This document shows positions 12,927-25,404 of a DNA stretch of 64,000 nt, piece by piece (the stretch's first letter is position 1; every line of letters begins with the position of its first letter). Source of the stretch: Octopus sinensis. Lineage: Eukaryota. The notes under the pieces are model-generated. The model had not been told where the DNA came from. It worked only from the letters and a program-made list of their open reading frames with translations, and ran no database searches. A program made the position numbers and the translations under genes. The stretch spans positions 12,276,001 to 12,340,000 of the forward strand of contig NC_042999.1 of the NCBI RefSeq assembly GCF_006345805.1, in the 5' to 3' direction.

Positions 12927-14354
12927 ATATATATATATTTTCTCTTCTATTTTGAATGATTTGAAATCTTCTTATGAGGAAGGAGCAAATTTCAAATAAA
13001 GATACAAAGCTCCATCATTGGAATGCTGATAACAAAAGCAAATTCAAAGTTTCAACTTGAGAACAGTTTTGTGGATGTTTGCTGTTCTGCCTACAGATTC
13101 GTAAAGTGCAAGTTGTTGGCCGTTTGATTTCTTTTTCTGCAAATTCCTGCTCGTCCAGATTGTCACTTAGGCATCCCCCCACCCCATTTATTAGTCATAA
13201 GACTCATGAGAGCATTGTGACCCTTTAGTTCACTTGCTTGGGAAGCAGTCTACCTCACTTCCATGGAGAGTTCCACTCAACATGTGACACTTCTCTTCTT
13301 CCTGATGGTAAAATAATTCATTCCACTTTGACAACTTTTGCAAAGTACTCTTTGCATGTTCTCACTAACAAACAGCGTTTGCAATATGAATTCAGTTATT
13401 ATTTGTAATCACTTTATTTACATTGCTTAAGTGCCCTTGGGGAAAACATAAACAGCCTATAATCTATTTCCTTTATAAGTCTCACCTTGTTCTGAAATAA
13501 TAATAATAATAATAAGGATTAAAATGAAAATGATTAATGTAATCATTAGTGTTAGCAATGCATCGAACCAAATGCTTAGTGATAATTACAGAGTTGGTAA
13601 AGTGCTGAATAAAATACCTGGTGTTATTTAGTTTAGTCTATTTCAATTTGTGAGTTCAAATCTTGCCTGAATTGACATTGCCCTTCAATCCTTCAAGGGT
13701 CAATAAATTAGATATCAATCGAGTGGTAGACTTAATTGTAATCCCTTGGTTCATAGAATTAATCTTTGAGTGCTAGACTTAATCCATCTCCTGATTTATC
13801 ATTGTCACCTGGCCCCCTGTATACCTTATAAGGGCCCACATTGTTGGAAGCATTTGGTCCAAGTCTTCAGTCTGATTACATATTTCTCTTCCACCAGCAT
13901 CAAGAACCCTGCAAAGGGCTATGGGCTTTATCCTTACTCCTCCCACTATACCATTAAAAAAATCTAAATAACTTCAGGGGTGACATAACCCATTATATCT
14001 ATCTTCCCACAAATCATGTCTTTGAATGTGTTAGGAATGGTTAATATTGTAAGCATTTGTTTTTAAGAACTATTGTGATGGTGGCATGAGCAAAATGTTA
14101 GTTTGGATGTTGTGTGTTATCAAAACCTTGTTCACAGAGTCTGGAATAAATGGCCTTGTGGCATTATGTCTTTTTACATTCAGAGTTTAAACCCCACCGG
14201 CATCATCCTTCCAGAATCACTAAAATAAGGACCAGTCAACGACATATACAGTGATAAAGACAGAAATATAAACTGCAGACATATATTTAGGACATATAAA
14301 GACATAGAGGACGTATGCAGATGTGTGTACCAAAATTTGAAATTATTATTATTA

Positions 14355-14700
14355 AAGCAGCAAGCTGGCAGAATGGTTAGCACACCAGACACAATACTTA
14401 GTGGCATTTTGTCCATCTTTAGGCTCTGAGTTCAAGTGCCGGATGGCAACTGCTGCCGAGGTTGACTGTGTCATCCATCTTTTTGGAATCAACAAAATAA
14501 GTACCAGTTGACAAAATGCTTTCTGGCATTTCTTCTGGCTTTATGTTCTGGGTTCAAATTCCACCAATGTCAACTTTGTCATCTGTCCCCTCGAGGAAGG
14601 GAAAATAAAATACCAGTCGAGCACTGCAGTCAATGTAATCGACTTAATCCTCCATCAAAATTGCTGGCCTTGTGCCAAAATTTGAAATCATCATCGTCAT
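14355..14700 (+). mobile_element. Decayed SINE family A copies
   Basis: AGCTGGCAGAATGGTTAGCAC head, CTGAGTTCAA B-box, AAGTACCAG..GTAATCGACTTAATCC body. Confidence 0.7.
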
Positions 14701-15627
14701 TATTATAATTATTATCATTATTATTATTTATTATTGTTATTATTATTGTTATTATTATTATTATTATTACACTCTTCTCCATCGCTCACCTCTCTGACAG
14801 TTGCAATCCACAGTAATGTGAAAGCCAAGACTGAGTGCCTGGCATTTTGAATATTATCAGGTACTTACAGCTCTCTACCAGCTGGATAGGAGGGTTTGGT
14901 GGAGCATTCATTTCAGTTTTATATGGGAGTGGTGAAGGTGATTGGATCGATTGGAACACTCGTCATCCTAACTTACAAAATGTCAGTTAAATTATGTGAC
15001 AGGAAGAGAAAACATTGTTACAAAAATATGGATTATGTATTTAAATATGCAGATCCAGAATTAATTTTATTCAAGTGATGATGATATTTGGTCCTTAAAA
15101 AATCAGTAAGACCTTACTAGATTTAATAAATGAATGGTGGTGCCAATGACACTGGAAAGAACATGAACTGACCCTCAGTACATCTATCCTTGCTTATCAC
15201 AGGGTAGGGGAGAGGGTAGATTAAAAAATAGCTGTGTTAAATGAACCATCACCAAATATTTGGTTAAGTACCAGTTTAGTTTTAGTTTATATAGGAGAAT
15301 TGATGATAGGAAAGAGTGACAATCTTCTGAGGAAAACTCTGGACTTCAAAGAGAATTAACTGGATGGTCTACTCTGGATAACTTTCAATTCAGTGAATAT
15401 GGATGACATCCAGAAATCCATGACCTAGCAATACCAGTTCAAAATAAACTGTATAGTTTATTGGTTAGAAGAAAATAGTGAAGCATATCACATACAATTT
15501 GATGTTTATGTAATCTGACTTACAATGGTGACGGTGTAGGCTTGCCTTTCTCAAACCGACAAACCACTGGAAATGTTCTGATGTCTATTGTGAAGTTGTT
15601 CCACTGTTTATGATATACCAATCATTA

Positions 15628-15800
15628 TAGGTGCAGGGATGGTTGTATGGTTCAGAAGTTTACTTCCCAACCACATGGCTTTTGTGTTCAGTCCCACCTC
15701 ATGGCACCTTAGGCAAGTGTCTTCCACTATAGCCCTGAGCCAACTGAAGCCTTGTGAGTGGATCTGGTAGATGGAAATTGAAGTGGCCTGTCATATATAC
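15628..15800 (+). mobile_element. tRNA-derived SINE family B
   Basis: GGTTGTATGGTT..TTCCCAACCAC..GTTCAGTCCCAC..GGCAAGTGTCTTC..TATAGCC. Related copies at ~19555-19695 (-), 46365-46530 (+), 49920-50030 (-) and 51205-51330 (-). Confidence 0.75.
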
Positions 15801-16034
15801 AAATATAAATTGTAATCTTGATCTCCAACTTAACATGGAGGTTGTGTTAGAACACAGTACACTGTGTTATTTACCCTGAGAGGATCTCTCATAAGCACTT
15901 GTGGTGCATAAAAGCAGGATATAATGATGAGTGCTTTTATACACCATGAGCCCTTATGAGATCCTCTCGGGTAAATAATACAGTATTCTGTGTTCTAACA
16001 CAACCTCAAAGTTAAGTTGGAGATCAAAATTGCC

Positions 16035-16237
16035 TTCTGGCCCCCGTGCCGGTGGCACGTAAAAGCACCCACTCTCGGAGTGGTTGGCATTAGGAAGGGC
16101 ATCCAGCAGTAGAAACTCTGCCAGATCAAGATTGGAGCCTGGTGCAGCCATCTGGTTTGCCAGCCCTCAGTCAAATCGTTCAACCCATGCTAGCATGGAA
16201 AGTAGATGTTAAACGATGATCATGATGATCATGATGA
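16035..16237 (+). mobile_element. RTE-type 3' tail fragment
   Basis: AAAAGCACCCACT..GGAGTGGTTGGCATTAGGAAGGGCATCCAGC..CCCATGCTAGCATGGAAAG..(GAT)n, the same tail as 12760-12926. Confidence 0.85.
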
Positions 16238-17394
16238 CTGTTTCTGTATTTATTAATTAGACATACATACATACATATGTGGGTGAATGGGTGTGTGTGT
16301 GTGCGTTGCTGTCTCCTTGTCTTCACATCACATGACAGCTGTAAATGAGCATCCCTGTCATAAAAGTTGTGTCATTTGTGTTCAATCTTTCATGAAAACA
16401 TGTCTAACCACGAGAAAATATTACTTTATATAGAAATTGGTGTGGGTTGCTGTAGAGAAATCTGCCTCAGCAAATTCCATCAAACCCATGCAAACATGGA
16501 AAGATGGGCATAAAGTAATGATGATGATGATGATGATGGATGTAATTCCAATTTTTAACATAACAGATTTTACAAATGTTGATTTGGATGTTTGTAAGTC
16601 AGACATTCATAGTTCCAGAAATGCCTGTAGCAGTCAAATGCTAGGGTTGGTTCAATCACAAATATTTCACTCTCAGAATATGTGTCAGAGTTAGAAATCA
16701 TGATATTAATATTACTAAAAGAAATTTTAGGCTGGTAAGTTGGAGAGAAAAGTCAGTAGAATACCAGAAAAGAGATGTCTTACTATATTTAGCTAAATTC
16801 TTTTATATTCTGATCTCAAGTCCCACCAAAGGATGCTGACTTTGTGATAAAAATGGTAGTGCCATTTTGGTAATGTTTCAGTCAATCAGTCAGCTACTCT
16901 GCATTTTATGCAAAATGTGGCCTTGTGCCATGTCAATTAGAAATAAGAGGGCCTTTCTTAGAGAACAAAATCAATTTCTTAAGATTTTAGCTTGAGGACA
17001 TTTCACTTAGTCACCCCTGTAATAAGAGAACAAGCAACATCACATTCCATTTGACCTTCTTCTACAGAACTAAAGCTTTATAATTGTATAAGGAACGATG
17101 ATAATGATGATGATGATGACCATTATCATCATCATTGTTATCGTCCTCATTGACATAATTATTAATTTCATTAAATATTTTACTAAACATGGAAAAATTC
17201 AAAGCAAAGATATTGACCTTGGTAGAATTTGAACCCAAAACATAAAAAGATACAATCAAACATTGTAAGGCATTCTTTTTTTTAAAATTTAAAAAAAATT
17301 TTTTGCAGAGGTGGCAAGCAAAATACATTGTCGTATTTATATATGGAATTTTAGTTTGTATGTTCAAATCCAGCCTCGGTCAATCTCGGCTTCA

Positions 17395-17990
17395 ATCTTT
17401 TTACCTATTATTTTGATCCTTTCTACTAAAGGCACAAAGTCTGAAATTTTGGGGCAGGGGACCAGTCAATTACATTGATCCCAGTGTTTCACTGGTACTT
17501 AATTTATCAACCCCGAAAGGATGAAAGGCAAAATCAACCTTGGCAGATTTTGAACTCAGAATGTAAAGACAGATGAAATGCTGCTAAGTATTACACCTGG
17601 CATGCTAACGATTCTGCCAGCTTACTACCTTAAACTTAATGGGGTTCTGTTTACACCTTTAAAAGGTGATTGCCTCTGAACACCTTTTCTCAAATCTTTG
17701 CTTGATCAATGTTTAATGCTTTAACCACACTGCTCTCCCTGAAATGTTTAATTTTATTAACATTATCACGAAGGCAGAAAGTTGAGAGAATTGTTAACAT
17801 GCCAGGCAAAAGGCTTTGTAACATTTTGTCTGTCTTTCTGCTCTGCTTCCAAATCCTGTTTTGGTCAACTTTATCTTTCATCCTTTCGGGGTTGATAAAA
17901 TAAATACCAGTTGAGCACTGTGATCAATATAATTGACATACATCCCAAAATTGCTGGCTTTGCACCAAAATTGAAAACCAATGTTAATAT
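17395..17990. mobile_element. Opposed SINE family A copies (17395-17632 minus, ~17795-17990 plus)
   Basis: Reverse complement and direct matches to the SINE at 26503. Confidence 0.7.
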
Positions 17991-18931
17991 TATTATGTGC
18001 CAGGAATTGGCAGAAACGATAGAATACAAGGCTGAATTAGATGTCTTTTAGCATTTTTGTTACATTCCTTACACACACATCCAAGTTCAAATCCCAGCAG
18101 GATTAATTTATTTTCCTTTCTTCCAAAGCGATTATAATAAGTTACAGTTTGACACTGATATTTATTCAGTTAACTTAATCCTGCCTTTGTTTTTAAAATT
18201 TGTGGCTGTGTATTAATATGAGAGAGAGCAATAATAAATGTATTGTTGTTCCTAATTGTTACAGTGACGAATATGACAGCAAGCTGCTCTCATATTGTAG
18301 AGAATGACATCAGTTGGTTAGGAAAACCCCGTTGCGCTGTATGACCTCTGTTGTCAGTGGAATCTTTATGGAAATGATTTATCAGTGTTGTTGGCTGATT
18401 GTATTCACATTACCTGACATTTGTTGTTTTAACAATTCTGCAATTCTGCACTGCTCAGCTTGTGGCCTACATTTTATGGCTTAGGATTTGTTTACACGTC
18501 ATGCAATGTATATCCGTGTGCATAATCTACACACTCATGTACATACATATGTATATATGTTTTTATTTATCTATTTTGCATTACTCTGGTTAATCCAGCT
18601 GTAGAAATGAGTTGCAATGTCACTGGTGCCAAGCTGTATTTGCCCCTTTGCCTTTCCCTTGAATAATATTGAAGGCATGGAGAGGGTGGCTGAGCTGGTA
18701 TGCATGGGCGATTGCTGGTCTTCTGTAAACAACCTTATCCCTGGACTTGTGTCTTGTAGGGGAACTTTCTAGGTGTGATCAGATGGTCATTCATGACCAA
18801 AGGGGTCTTTACCCGTTATATATATATGGATAGATAGATAGATAAATAGATAGATAGGTAGGTAGGTAGGTAGATAGATAGGTAGATATATATATATATA
18901 GATATAGATAGATAAGTATATATATATATTA

Positions 18932-19273
18932 CGGAGATGTACTCGCATAGCAAGTAATTTGATCTGAGATCGTGTGCTGAAACGAAAACAATTGCAGTGC
19001 GGAAGGTGTTTGTAAGCCATTTAAGAAACACACAAAAGCTGTTCGATTCACTTCAACATATAAGTTTAATTTGTCAAAATATTTTCATCGCTAAAATCCG
19101 CGACCTGTTCACTGACAAAAATCCGAGATGCAGCATGGATTTTTGTCAGTGAACAGGTCGCAGATTTTAGCGACGAAAATATTTTGACAAATTAAACTTA
19201 TATGTTGAAGTGAATCGAACGGCTTTTGTGTGTTTCTTAAATGGCTTACAAACACCTTCCACGTTGCAATTGT
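18932..19273. mobile_element. Fold-back non-autonomous element (probable Penelope-like pLTR remnant) with two inverted hammerhead motifs
   Basis: ~55-bp head plus ~137-bp inverted arms (18988-19124 / 19137-19273, few mismatches). A second family member lies at 62723-63000. Confidence 0.8.
19142..19191 (+). ncRNA. Type I minimal hammerhead ribozyme motif with swapped G3:C8 core
   Basis: Helix I TTTGTCA/TGACAAA, core GTGAACA, one extra G, helix II GTCGC/GCGAC, GAAA, palindromic helix III (A)ATAT(T), then U17. An inverted copy at 19070-19119 (-) has C11.1U. Confidence 0.7.
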
Positions 19274-19278
19274 ATATA

Positions 19279-19317
<39 letters not shown>

Positions 19318-19318
<1 letters not shown>

Positions 19319-19530
19319 TCTTTTACTCTCTTTTACTCTTTTACTTGTTTCAGTCATTTGACTGTGGCCATGCTGGAGCACCGCTTTTAGTCGAGCAAAT
19401 CGACCCCAGGACTTATTCTTTGTAATCCTAGTACTTATTCTGTCGGTCTCTTTTGCTGAACCACTAAGTTACGGGGACGTAAACACACCAGCATCGGTTG
19501 TCAAGCGATGTTGGGGGGACAAACACAGAC
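19318..19530 (-). mobile_element. SINE with (AAGAGT)-type tail
   Basis: CTCTTTTACTTGTTTCAGTCATTTGACTGTGGCCATGCTGGAGCACC on the plus strand. A partial copy lies at 56003-56055. Confidence 0.75.
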
Positions 19531-19693
19531 ATACATGCATATATATATACATATATACAACGGGCTTCTTTCAGTTTCCGTCTACTAAATCCACTCACAA
19601 GGCTTTGGTTGGCCTGAGGCTATAGTAGAAGACACTTGCCCAAGGTGCCACACAGTGGAACTGGACCCAGAACCATGTGGTTCGTAAGCAAGC

Positions 19694-19730
<37 letters not shown>

Positions 19731-19967
19731 GTGTATGTATAATCAGCAACAGAGGACCAAGGACTGAATCACATTCCGTTTGGATAAGTCAATGCTTATA
19801 ATATTTTCACCCCTCACTCTATCTGTGTCATCCTGTGTGTGTGTGTGTGTGCGTATATGTGTGTGTAATTATTGCTATTATTATTTTGATTATAAAATAA
19901 TAATAATGATAATAATGATAAATTCATATAATTATTAACTATCATTATTATTATTAGTATTGTTGTG

Positions 19968-20018
<51 letters not shown>

Positions 20019-20134
20019 GCTATATGCATTATATGGTACTGGGGGAAGGAATTACAAATGCATGCACACAGATAGGCACACATAAACACACGAATGCATA
20101 TAAATATGTATAAATGGAAACTTCAGTCACATAT

Positions 20135-20464
<330 letters not shown>

Positions 20465-20674
20465 AAAATAGAGAAAATTTTCTCCATTTTCTGCTTAATT
20501 TAAATTTGATTCCTGATAAACTCTTGTTTATTTTGTTATTGCCTGTATCCTATGAGCATAATATATTTGCATATCTGTGCCAGGGGTTAACATTGGTAAT
20601 TTATACCGGTAGTTAAAACGTATATTCTTATCCCTTAGAAGGTTATTCCAACCACTAGCTCTACTAACACACAC

Positions 20675-20746
<72 letters not shown>

Positions 20747-20748
<2 letters not shown>

Positions 20749-20988
20749 AGAGTAAACACATAAATGTGAAACAAGGTGGAAAAAAGAGTACTCAAATACC
20801 AGTGGTAGAGTAATATGCTTTATTTAAAGCAGCAGAAAATTCAACAAAACCTGTTACTCTGAGTTTCACGTTCCCGTTTGTCAGACAGTTTTTGCTAGAA
20901 AAACTGTCTAGCAAAAACTGTCCGACGAACGGGAATGTGAAACTCAGAGTAACAGGTTTTGTTGAATTTTCTGCTGCTTTAAATAAAG
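20747..20988. mobile_element. Fold-back element with 82-bp inverted arms, each carrying a hammerhead motif
   Basis: Arms 20818-20899 / 20907-20988 differ at only 3 positions. Consensus reads CTGT-CTGACGA-ACG GGAA CGT-GAAA-CTC A GAG-TA-ACAG. Confidence 0.8.
20918..20955 (+). ncRNA. Type I minimal hammerhead motif, U4C mutant (partner 20851-20888 minus is a G8A mutant)
   Basis: CTGT CCGACGA ACGGGAATGT GAAA CTCAGAG TA ACAG. Confidence 0.7.
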
Positions 20989-21739
20989 TATATATATATA
21001 TATCATCATCATCATCGTTTAAGCGGACGTTAAATGATGATGATGATGATGATGATATATATATATAATAAATTAATAAATAAAACATATGCATACATAC
21101 ATACATATATGTACGTACCTACCTCTACATGTATATATACATGCATATATGGGTACAAGACACCAAAAAAACATCGAACACAATGAGAAACGAAATCAAA
21201 CACAAAACCGAGGAACTGGACATTTTTCTTAAAAAACGAAAAGATAGAGTACAGGACAAATAATACAAGGAAAATTCCCCTTCTTCAGTCGCCATGGTTT
21301 CATCTACTCAGCATTTCGAAGGTGAAGGCAATACGCATCTTCGATAGAAACTTTCCTTCCCGCGAAAAGCAAGTTAAATAAAATTTGAGATCTTTTTGCG
21401 GAGGGGTAAAAATGGTAACAAAAACAGGACAGTAACGACAGTACAAAATATAACAGTAAAAGACAGGACAAGGAGAATAACAAGACAAGAAGGGCTGTTA
21501 AGCCGAACGAGATAAAGTGTTACAAATGCTATTTTTTAGAACGGCAAAGGAGCAACAGAAAATACCATATATATATGTACGTATATATGTATGTATGTAT
21601 ATCATCATCATCATCATCGATTAACATCCGTTTTCCATGCTGGCATGGGTTGGATGGTTTGACAGGTCTGGAAAGCCAGTGGCTGCACTAGGCTCCAGTC
21701 TGGTCTGGCTGAGTTTCTACGGCTGGATCCCTTTCTAAC

Positions 21740-21778
<39 letters not shown>

Positions 21779-22968
21779 TTTATTTTTCTTTCCTTCAGTT
21801 CATTACTATATTAGCAGTTAAATATTGAGGCTCTTTTCTCCTCCTTATTCTCTCTCTTCTCTCTCTCTCTCTCTCTCTCTCTCCCTCTCTCTTTCTATAT
21901 ATATATATTTGAATCAGCTATGCTAAAGGGGCCAGGAAAGGAGCATTCACATCATAGCTATCATCTATTTGGTTCCGTGAACTAAAAATGAAAAGAAGAC
22001 CAAATTCATGAATGTCTTTAAAAGTAAGAGATGCCATAAGAGCCATGGAATAGTTATGTCTTTTAGTCTACCAATTCCATTTTGATTTATAAGAACCACA
22101 GAATGCAAAGGTTCAAATCCTGTCAGTGATAGTGCATTGTGTCTATGTTGAAGACATTTAGCCGTCAGTGGTCATCACTACTCAGCTGTCACCCACAGCA
22201 GCCCTGGGATATTGACAAGAGTTTTTTGGACTTGAGATGCTGAGTTCAATCTCTTCTATGACAAACAAAAACTAAGTTGACTTGGTCTTTATTACTGACT
22301 AAACTTTTAGTTACAGTGCAAGAGTTTCTGAAATGAAGCAGGAACTGAATTGTATATATTCATGTGTGTTAGATTTACGTACTTCTACCCTGAATCTATA
22401 TATTTGTCACCTTTTCTAGTCTCTACATATAAACATAATAGACTGGCATGTCAAAGTTCACCTTATCATGTACAATGTTTCCTGCTTATCCTGTTTCCTC
22501 ACCTACTAAAAAACTTGCATATACTATGAGTACATACACAACAATGTAAGTATGTACATATATACTATTGTTTAAAAGTTTAGATTATTTATAGACATTA
22601 CCTGCATTAAAAAAAAAACAAAACAGTTAAGCTAGTATTAACATATTTGATACAGGGAACATACTATTGACAACATTCTCTCTTGATTCATTAGTTTCTT
22701 TTATATTTTTCTACAGAATGTCTATTTCTTTTCCTGATTCTTATACATTTTGTTGAATATATTTATTTCTGCCTTCCAGCATGTTTAAGTCTTTCAATAC
22801 ACACATACAATATAAAAAAAAACATCCTTCACTATTTTACTTACATGACCTATGTGTAGTTTAAGAAGAGGCTTTGAGAGGGTTAATCAACATTATTGTC
22901 ACAAAAGTGAATCTTTAAGCTTTCTTCAATGATATGTCACCAATAATAATAATAATAATAATAATAAA

Positions 22969-23134
22969 TAAGCAGTTGTGGTCAATGAAAAAGGTGATAG
23001 TTGTGGCAATAATTGTTGGAGTCCTGGGAACAGTGAGTAAAAATCTTGAAAAGTACATGAAACAAATAGGGGTTGCAATAAGGGTGGAGCACTTGGGGAA
23101 AACAGCACTGCTTAGAACTGCTCAAATACAATAA
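22969..23134 (+). mobile_element. R4/Dong-like RLE non-LTR retrotransposon, extreme 3' fragment, flanked by (TAA)n
   Basis: KQLWSMKKVIVVAIIVGVLGTVSKNL..VEHLGKTALLRTAQI matches the RLE C-terminus pattern (GALG..LQK.ALLGTA.I). Confidence 0.8.
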
Positions 23135-23172
23135 ATAAATAATAAGGGTGTTATTAATTATGTCATTATTAC

Positions 23173-23266
<94 letters not shown>

Positions 23267-23650
23267 AATAATGGCGGTGTCCCAGCATGGCCACAGCTTG
23301 TGAGCTGAAACTAGATAAAATAAAATAAAATAAAATAAAATAAATAAAAATAATAATAATTCCTTCTACTATAGGGACAAGGTTTAAGCTGATACAGCAT
23401 GAAACTACATAGGTGTGCAAAAAAAGAGAAATAATGAAAGAAGAAGAAATCAAAAGTGAAGAAGACTTCCAAGAACTACTCCTAGAAATAGCACAAATAC
23501 CTAAGTTACCCTGACTGCCATGAAAAGTGCCCTCTCCTAGTTGTTCTTCACCTATCCAAAGGTGCAGACCCATGCATTCAGATCCTTGCTCCTTACTCTC
23601 ATTCTCCTTTCAGGTCTTCTCTCTGCAATCTCATTTTACCTTTTCAAGTG

Positions 23651-23690
<40 letters not shown>

Positions 23691-23829
23691 TTATGAAGAT
23701 TGATGTAACTCCTCACAAAGGTAAATACATAATTATAAGAGTATCTTATGCAATAAAAATTTTAAAAAAACAAAAAGAGAAAAAACACAGATTGACTTCG
23801 CTTCTTGAACAATAAGGTGCATCCTTAAA

Positions 23830-24885
23830 ATATTGTTCAATGAGCAAAATCCAATCTGTGGGTTTTTAAAAATTATATACTACATTCCTAATTGTGTAAT
23901 AATAATAAAGAAAGGAACACCAAGAAAAGAGAGTGAGAGCACTATATTGGTAGTGCAAGACCAAGCTTTGGCCACAAATTGGAAGGTCAACCTGAGGAAT
24001 GAGCAAAGTGGACAAAACCATTGCCCATATCATGAACGAATGCCCTAAACTTGCCCCACACCACTACAAGTTGTGGTGACATGATAGGTAGTGAAAGTGC
24101 TACATTGAAAACTGTGCAAAGAGTTGGGTCCAGAGAGAGGCAAGATGTGGTATGAGCACAAAGTGCAGAGAGTGGTAGGGTTGGAAACTTGCAAAATCCT
24201 CTGGGCTTCCCCAATCCAAACAGATCAGGTGCTAGAGCATAACAGATTGGACCTAATGGTGGTCAACAAGATGCACTACATGTGCTATATAGTTGATGTT
24301 GCATGCCCCTTTGACCTACAAATAGTCAAGAAGGAAGACAACAAAATAGATAAATACATCCCTCTTAAGTACAAAATAGCCTGGCTATGGAAAATGAAGA
24401 CAGTAAAGATAGTGCCAATAATTTTTGGGTCCTTAGAAGAAATAAAGGCAATTGGAATAGAGTGCCTAGTAGAACTGTTACAAAAGGTTTGCCTCCTTGA
24501 CATGGCCAGAATAATCAGGAAAATATTAGATAGTTGAAAAGAACAGACAGCATGATACTGTAGACTGCAGGCAGTAAGCCTGCTATGAATGCAAGACTAG
24601 GAGTTCCAACAAAACCTGAAATAAAAAGAAATAATAAAAATGATAGTAATAACAGTAAGCAAAGATATAGACAAATGGCTGAAGAAGACTGCAATAGAAT
24701 GTCCTTTAGAGCTCCTACAGAAAGTTTGTCTCTTAGGGACAGCAAGGATTATCAGGAGGGTTCTGAGCACTTGAAAGACTTTTGAAAACTTGTGGATGCC
24801 TAAGGTTACAGGCAGTAACCTGCTACCCACATAAATCCAACCAGGAATAAGACTGAACCTGACTCAAACCAAAATAATGATTTAA
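23830..24885 (+). mobile_element. Two tandem R4/Dong-like 3' fragments
   Basis: CPKLA..HD..KLCKELG..WYEHK..TDQVLEHNRLDL..DVACPFD..KIDKY..LLQKVCLL (to 24537). A second 3' end LLQKVCLLGTARIIRRVLST lies at ~24655-24772. Both carry the 3' UTR motif GGCAGTAA(G)CCTGCTA. Confidence 0.85.
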
Positions 24886-25404
24886 TCAGAAAAGATATTG
24901 TTGTTGGTAAAAGGCACATATATATAAGAAAAACAGATTAAATAAGCCACAACAGAACAAGACTCTATACCATATCAGTTGCTGTGCGAGAAATAGCAAT
25001 GAAATTCCTCTCAGATTATTTTAAAGAACATCTGAGTTTTATATGAACACTCTAATGAAGCCAAACTGATAGGAGGGTTCTTGGCATATAAGACAACTTG
25101 TTGTAGTCTAATCTGTTGAGTGTATATGAATAATAATAATAATAATAATAATATTAATAATAATAATGATAATAATATCTTATCCAATTACTTTTAAAAC
25201 AAACTTTTAATTTTCTTATGTTTTGACAGATACTCTCTAGAAGAATACTCTGTGCAAAACCAAAAATATGGTACCCTAGTCATAATAGCGAGTTGAATTA
25301 GCTTGTTGTCTCTTGAGGTTTTTGGGTGAAACTTGGAAATACAAAGCAAAAGCCAAACATATAATGATGATGATGATGATGATGCCTGAACTGAGGGGTA
25401 ATAC

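Noticed and set aside
18265-18340. Possible small plus-strand exon (TTACAG acceptor, MTASCSHIVENDISW)
   Set aside because: Weak splice signals, no homology recognised, no supporting neighbouring exons.
21110-21565. Unclassified interspersed-repeat-like segment containing minus-strand CTGAAGA plus a short hairpin
   Set aside because: No GAAA follows the stem, so it is not a hammerhead; the family could not be assigned.
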